The notes under the pieces were generated by a model, which had not been told where the DNA came from, ran no database searches, and saw only the letters and a program-made list of their open reading frames with translations. Made by a program: the position numbers and the translations under genes. From assembly GCA_900321315.1 (NCBI GenBank), contig ONVP01000002.1:272-64271 (forward strand): 64,000 nt of DNA, written 5' to 3'. This document shows, piece after piece, positions 60,450-64,000 of this stretch (positions are counted from its first letter, which is position 1; each line of letters begins with the position of its first letter). The stretch comes from an uncultured Bacteroidales bacterium (GTDB taxonomy: Bacteria > Bacteroidota > Bacteroidia > Bacteroidales > F082).

Positions 60450-61274
60450 TTATACAAACTTAATCCTATCGGCTAATTGGAGGAAATAGTCGTTGCTCCA
60501 GATGTCGAGTTCCCAATCGTTTTCGACAAAACGTAGCGCATCCGCCTTGACCAATTCAATATCCGTCGAAGCAAATCGTTCTTTCAATAACTTGAGGAAA
60601 TCATCTTGACTCAAATCCAAGCCATTAAATTCTTTGATTCTGGTTCTCAGATGGTTATAGTCGAGAGGTGTCTTATTGTTAATATACCATTCAAAATCGT
60701 ACCAATCGCGACCCTTGACTCTTGTTTTCCATGTACGGAAAGCCAAAGCGTGCATCTTTCCGGCGTAGAGGCATGGAAGCGTCATGCAACGCACCAAAAA
60801 CGTACCGGGATGGTTTAATTTCTTGTATTCCGTTTGGAACTCCAACGGTGGCTTGATGTCAATTTCTATCTTGACTTTGAGACTTTTCTCTGTCTGGAAA
60901 GTCAAGTTGTAAACATCTGTCTCATCTTTCAAGAAGGCCGATTCCACCTTGCCAAGGGTCAGTTTATCTTTTTTGGTGAGGGTCACATCGCGGCCTGTCA
61001 ATTTGAACTCGTCAATGACGGCCTGAAAATAGTTTTCGAGATGAAACGTCGGGTCTTCCATCAGCAAAGTAAAATCCATGTCTTCAGAATATCGCTTCAA
61101 GTCATGGAAAAGCCGCAAGCAAGTGCCTCCATAAAAAGCGGCCTTGTTGAAAAATCCACCTCTATGCAATCCAGCCAAGGCAATCTGTTGCGTCACTTCG
61201 TATTTGGCGTTCCATAACTTTCCTTCAGGCAAGTCGCCATAACGGGCCAACATTTGGTCAAAAATCGTACTCAT
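60450..61274 (-). CDS. AbiEii/AbiGii-family nucleotidyltransferase toxin (type IV TA)
   Basis: FYGGTCLRLFHDLKRYSEDMDFTL is the family nucleotidyltransferase motif. It overlaps the upstream AbiEi-like gene by 4 nt. Confidence 0.85.
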   Translation of the reverse strand: MSTIFDQMLARYGDLPEGKLWNAKYEVTQQIALAGLHRGGFFNKAAFYGGTCLRLFHDLKRYSEDMDFTLLMEDPTFHLENYFQAVIDEFKLTGRDVTLTKKDKLTLGKVESAFLKDETDVYNLTFQTEKSLKVKIEIDIKPPLEFQTEYKKLNHPGTFLVRCMTLPCLYAGKMHALAFRTWKTRVKGRDWYDFEWYINNKTPLDYNHLRTRIKEFNGLDLSQDDFLKLLKERFASTDIELVKADALRFVENDWELDIWSNDYFLQLADRIKFV

Positions 61275-61900
61275 GATTCTATGATTTTAATGAGTTGATT
61301 TATCATCGTCTTCTTCTTTCCCACCTTGGCATATTCGCGCAAAATGCTCGTATCGAAGTGAAACAATTCATCCATATCGAAACGAATGTCTTCTTCCAGC
61401 CACACCAAAATTTCCTTCCGATAACGAAGATTGAGGTGCGAGATGTCGGAAATCAAATCGCACAAGGCTTTTTCCGGAGTAGCAATCAGAAAAGACGACC
61501 CGTTTTCGGTCTTTGCTTCCTTGATGCCTATCGGGAAAACCTCATCATCAACATGGACATATTCAAACCTTGCCAAAGGCGTATGAAAAACCTTACTATG
61601 TTTCAAGGTCATAGAAGTTACTGTGAAAACTTGCTCGGGAATCAAGCCATAATACCTCAAAGCATATTGGAGCGATACATACGAAGGGCCATAAAGATGA
61701 TTGGCAACCAAAACCTCCGACAGTCTTTGTCCCGAAACCTGCGAATTAGTCACATACAGCCCTTGCTTCAGCCGAATCAAGTCGCCTCTCTTTTCTAACG
61801 AACTGACCTTGTTGTGTTTGCACTTGGTTTCAGGGAACAAAGAAGCCACGGCAGCGAAATCCATCGGCATATTTCCAAATTGAATCAAAGGGTTCTTCAT
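61271..61900 (-). CDS. AbiEi-family antitoxin / transcriptional regulator
   Basis: KRGDLIRLKQGLYV... and the downstream SYVSLQYALRYYGLIPE pattern are typical of AbiEi_4-type antitoxins. It is operonic with the AbiEii gene. Confidence 0.75.
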   Translation of the reverse strand: MKNPLIQFGNMPMDFAAVASLFPETKCKHNKVSSLEKRGDLIRLKQGLYVTNSQVSGQRLSEVLVANHLYGPSYVSLQYALRYYGLIPEQVFTVTSMTLKHSKVFHTPLARFEYVHVDDEVFPIGIKEAKTENGSSFLIATPEKALCDLISDISHLNLRYRKEILVWLEEDIRFDMDELFHFDTSILREYAKVGKKKTMINQLIKIIES

Positions 61901-61982
61901 TTCTTTTTTTGGGTTTTATGCTGCAAAAGTAGTAAAATCTTGAACATCTTCTTGAATAATTTTCAAGTTGCTATGCAAAATT

Positions 61983-63098
61983 TTACTGTTTTCCTTTTAT
62001 TCCCAACACGCACCAGCGAATGAACGGTATCCTTTTGATGATTTCGTTCAGTGCAAACGGAATCGTCATCACCGCCACGAAAAGGATGGCGTATATCATC
62101 CAAGGAGCCAACGAGGTGTAATGTTTCATCATGTAGCCCAACGCGACAATCACCAGATAATGAAGAATATAGACTCCGAAACTGTTGCGGGTCATATAGT
62201 CGGCAAAGGCTCCCGTGCGGTTGAATTTTGCCTTGAACCATGCCATCATCGCGAGGCACATCAGCCAGCCGTAAAGGCAGTTGAGCGGACTGCCCAAATA
62301 TTGTGGCGAAGTGTTGTCCTGCCCAAAAGTAGTGATTATCAGCACCGTGCCTGCCACGATAGCACCGGCCAACAGTGGAATCCAAGCCTTTTCGAGTTTT
62401 TCTTGAACCTCATCGTGCGAGAACACGAAATAGCCCAAGAGGAAAGGAATGAGGTAGAAAACGGGCTTGTACAAGTTCAAAAGGCCGTCCAACGATTCAG
62501 GGCGAGGATGCTTGACCAAGGTTTGCTCACCGACCCAAAATAATACGCCTAACAGGATGATAACCAAAAGATTGGTCTTCCCGCAGCAATTCCAAAGTTT
62601 GTCGTTTTTGTCTATTGCACGCACCAAAAGCAGCACAAGACTCAGCAGCCACAGCACTTGGACGAACCACAGCGGCCCCGTGCCGCTGACAGTCCATATA
62701 AAGTATTTCGCTAACAATGGCAGCCCATCGGCAAGATTCTCCCCAACCAGCAGCGGTTTCATGGAGTTGAAATACCCAACCATCCAATGGAACACAAAGA
62801 GGCCTATCGTGCCGGGTACCAACAGCTTGCGGGTGCGCGTCTTGAACCATTCCTTGGGCGATTGCCTCTGTAAAGCATAGCGGGAACCCATGCCCGCCAG
62901 CAAAAACAGCAGCGGCATGAACCAAGGATAGAGAAAATACATCACAACATCCTGATACTGCGGGCATTCTGGATATTCGCCAAAACCGCCGACGCCACCA
63001 AAGACACCTTTGTTGTTGTAGAAATAAATGACGTGATAGAACAGCACCAAAAGCACTGTCACCCAGCGCAAATTGTCAATCCAATGCTTGCGTTCCAT
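61983..63098 (-). CDS. Acyltransferase 3 family membrane protein
   Basis: HWIDNLRWVTVLLVLFYH is the family N-terminal motif. It has about ten TM segments. Confidence 0.85.
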   Translation of the reverse strand: MERKHWIDNLRWVTVLLVLFYHVIYFYNNKGVFGGVGGFGEYPECPQYQDVVMYFLYPWFMPLLFLLAGMGSRYALQRQSPKEWFKTRTRKLLVPGTIGLFVFHWMVGYFNSMKPLLVGENLADGLPLLAKYFIWTVSGTGPLWFVQVLWLLSLVLLLVRAIDKNDKLWNCCGKTNLLVIILLGVLFWVGEQTLVKHPRPESLDGLLNLYKPVFYLIPFLLGYFVFSHDEVQEKLEKAWIPLLAGAIVAGTVLIITTFGQDNTSPQYLGSPLNCLYGWLMCLAMMAWFKAKFNRTGAFADYMTRNSFGVYILHYLVIVALGYMMKHYTSLAPWMIYAILFVAVMTIPFALNEIIKRIPFIRWCVLGIKGKQ

Positions 63099-63303
63099 GA
63101 TCAGTTCCTCCTAACATTTCATCGATTTTATCTTGGAAGATCTCCGTTTTAAGAATGGCCATGCCTTTCGAATCGCCGAGCACAAGCAAGCTGTCGCCTG
63201 GCTTGATTCCATAAACTTCACGGGCTTCCTTGGGGATGACGATTTGCCCTCTTTCGCCCACTTTCACTACACCAAAGATGTACTTTCCGTTTTCTGCTTC
63301 CAT
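63076..63303 (-). CDS. AbrB/MazE/SpoVT-family DNA-binding protein
   Basis: VKVGERGQIVIPKEAREVYGIKPGDSLLVLGD is the swapped-hairpin motif. Start trimmed to the ATG at 63303. Its 3' end overlaps the acyltransferase start by 23 nt. Confidence 0.7.
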   Translation of the reverse strand: MEAENGKYIFGVVKVGERGQIVIPKEAREVYGIKPGDSLLVLGDSKGMAILKTEIFQDKIDEMLGGTDHGTQALD

Positions 63304-63476
63304 GATGATTTGATTTTTGTGATTTGTATGAATTTTCATGTTTTTCTGCAAAAGTAGGAAAAATTCTCTTCCATTGTATTGTTTAGCACAAAAAAAAAAT
63401 AGTTTTGCACCTTTGACCGTCCAAAAAAATGAATGTTTTTTCTATTTTTGCGCCCAATTATCCAACTCATTCAAAT

Positions 63477-64000
63477 ATGAAAAAACTAACTCTACTCCTA
63501 GTTTTGGCCATGAGCACAATTTTCGCCATGGCGCAGAATGGCCGCATCGACTTGCGCCACGAAACGAAAGCTGAAATCGTGAAGAGCGACTTCTCGTCGC
63601 TTCGCGCCACCTTCAGCTACGGCTCCATCGAGAGCATCGAACTGGCCACTGAACGTGGCATCTTCTCCGAAATCGCCATCGAAGGCACCTATGCTTCGGG
63701 CGAAATCGGCACACCTGAACTGCTGGTCTCGCACCAGCTTTTGGCCGTGCCTTTCGGGGCAACGCCTCAGGTTTCCGTAATCAACTACACCGCAACGGAT
63801 TACAACCTGTCCGATTACGGCATCAACACGCTTGTTCCGCGCCAGCCTTCCGTCCGCAAGGACCAGCGCCCGGAAGACATAGAGTTTGTGTATGATGCCG
63901 CAGCCTACCAAACCCGCAGCCTCGCCACTGCGCCCGAAGCCACGATTGAGGTGCAAGGCACGATGCGCGGCATCCGTATCGGCTCGTTGGTCATCTATCC
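63477..64000 (+). CDS. N-terminal part of a peptidase C25 (gingipain-like) family protein; continues beyond the window
   Basis: It is not in the ORF track because no stop falls in the window. My translation is MKKLTLLLVLAMSTIFAMAQ (signal), then ...FSEIAIEGTYASGEIGTPELLVSHQLLAVP...VSVINY...GTMRGIRIGSLVIY. This resembles the C25 propeptide/N-terminal layout. A -7 box TATTTTTG lies at 63443-63450. Confidence 0.5.
   Translation, partial: MKKLTLLLVLAMSTIFAMAQNGRIDLRHETKAEIVKSDFSSLRATFSYGSIESIELATERGIFSEIAIEGTYASGEIGTPELLVSHQLLAVPFGATPQVSVINYTATDYNLSDYGINTLVPRQPSVRKDQRPEDIEFVYDAAAYQTRSLATAPEATIEVQGTMRGIRIGSLVIY

Overview
This looks like a chromosomal segment from a Bacteroidota (Bacteroidales-like) genome. 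Many genes are preceded by TAnnTTTG -7 boxes, several large proteins end in T9SS C-terminal sorting domains, and lipoprotein signals are common. Core genes look roughly 55-60% GC by eye.

Housekeeping backbone: proline iminopeptidase, GH95 fucosidase-like enzyme, an EF-G paralogue, an ABC exporter, an acyl-CoA carboxyltransferase, polA, metG, mnmA, an RluA-family synthase, mutA/mutB, queA, glyQS, a DUF1846 protein, an AI-2E transporter and an AlkD-like repair protein.

Accessory content:
1. 0.8-2.2 kb: an unusually GC-rich, ORF-poor block with long hairpins.
2. 2.3-6.5 kb: a divergent module. One arm holds a secreted thermonuclease and an M15 peptidase. The other holds three tandem paralogues of an uncharacterised ~225-aa protein, a TM/coiled-coil protein and a lipoprotein with a C-terminal TM. 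The lysis-like parts have no recognisable phage structural genes nearby.
3. 6.5-13.3 kb: a low-GC island. It carries an orphan 737-aa TPR/coiled-coil protein, a HigB-like/XRE/SecB-like tripartite (TAC-type) module and an XRE-ImmA/IrrE + PIN pair. The modules are separated by three decayed copies of the 3' end of one small XRE gene.
4. 26.9-30.6 kb: a Sau3AI-like restriction-modification island. It is bounded by a duplicated gene end (39 bp identical, followed by 7 codons that differ only synonymously).
5. An IS30 fragment fused to a T9SS-CTD gene remnant.
6. An AbiEi/AbiEii pair.

I saw no rRNA, tRNA or CRISPR array by eye. The many long ORFs antisense to GC-rich genes are treated as shadow ORFs.
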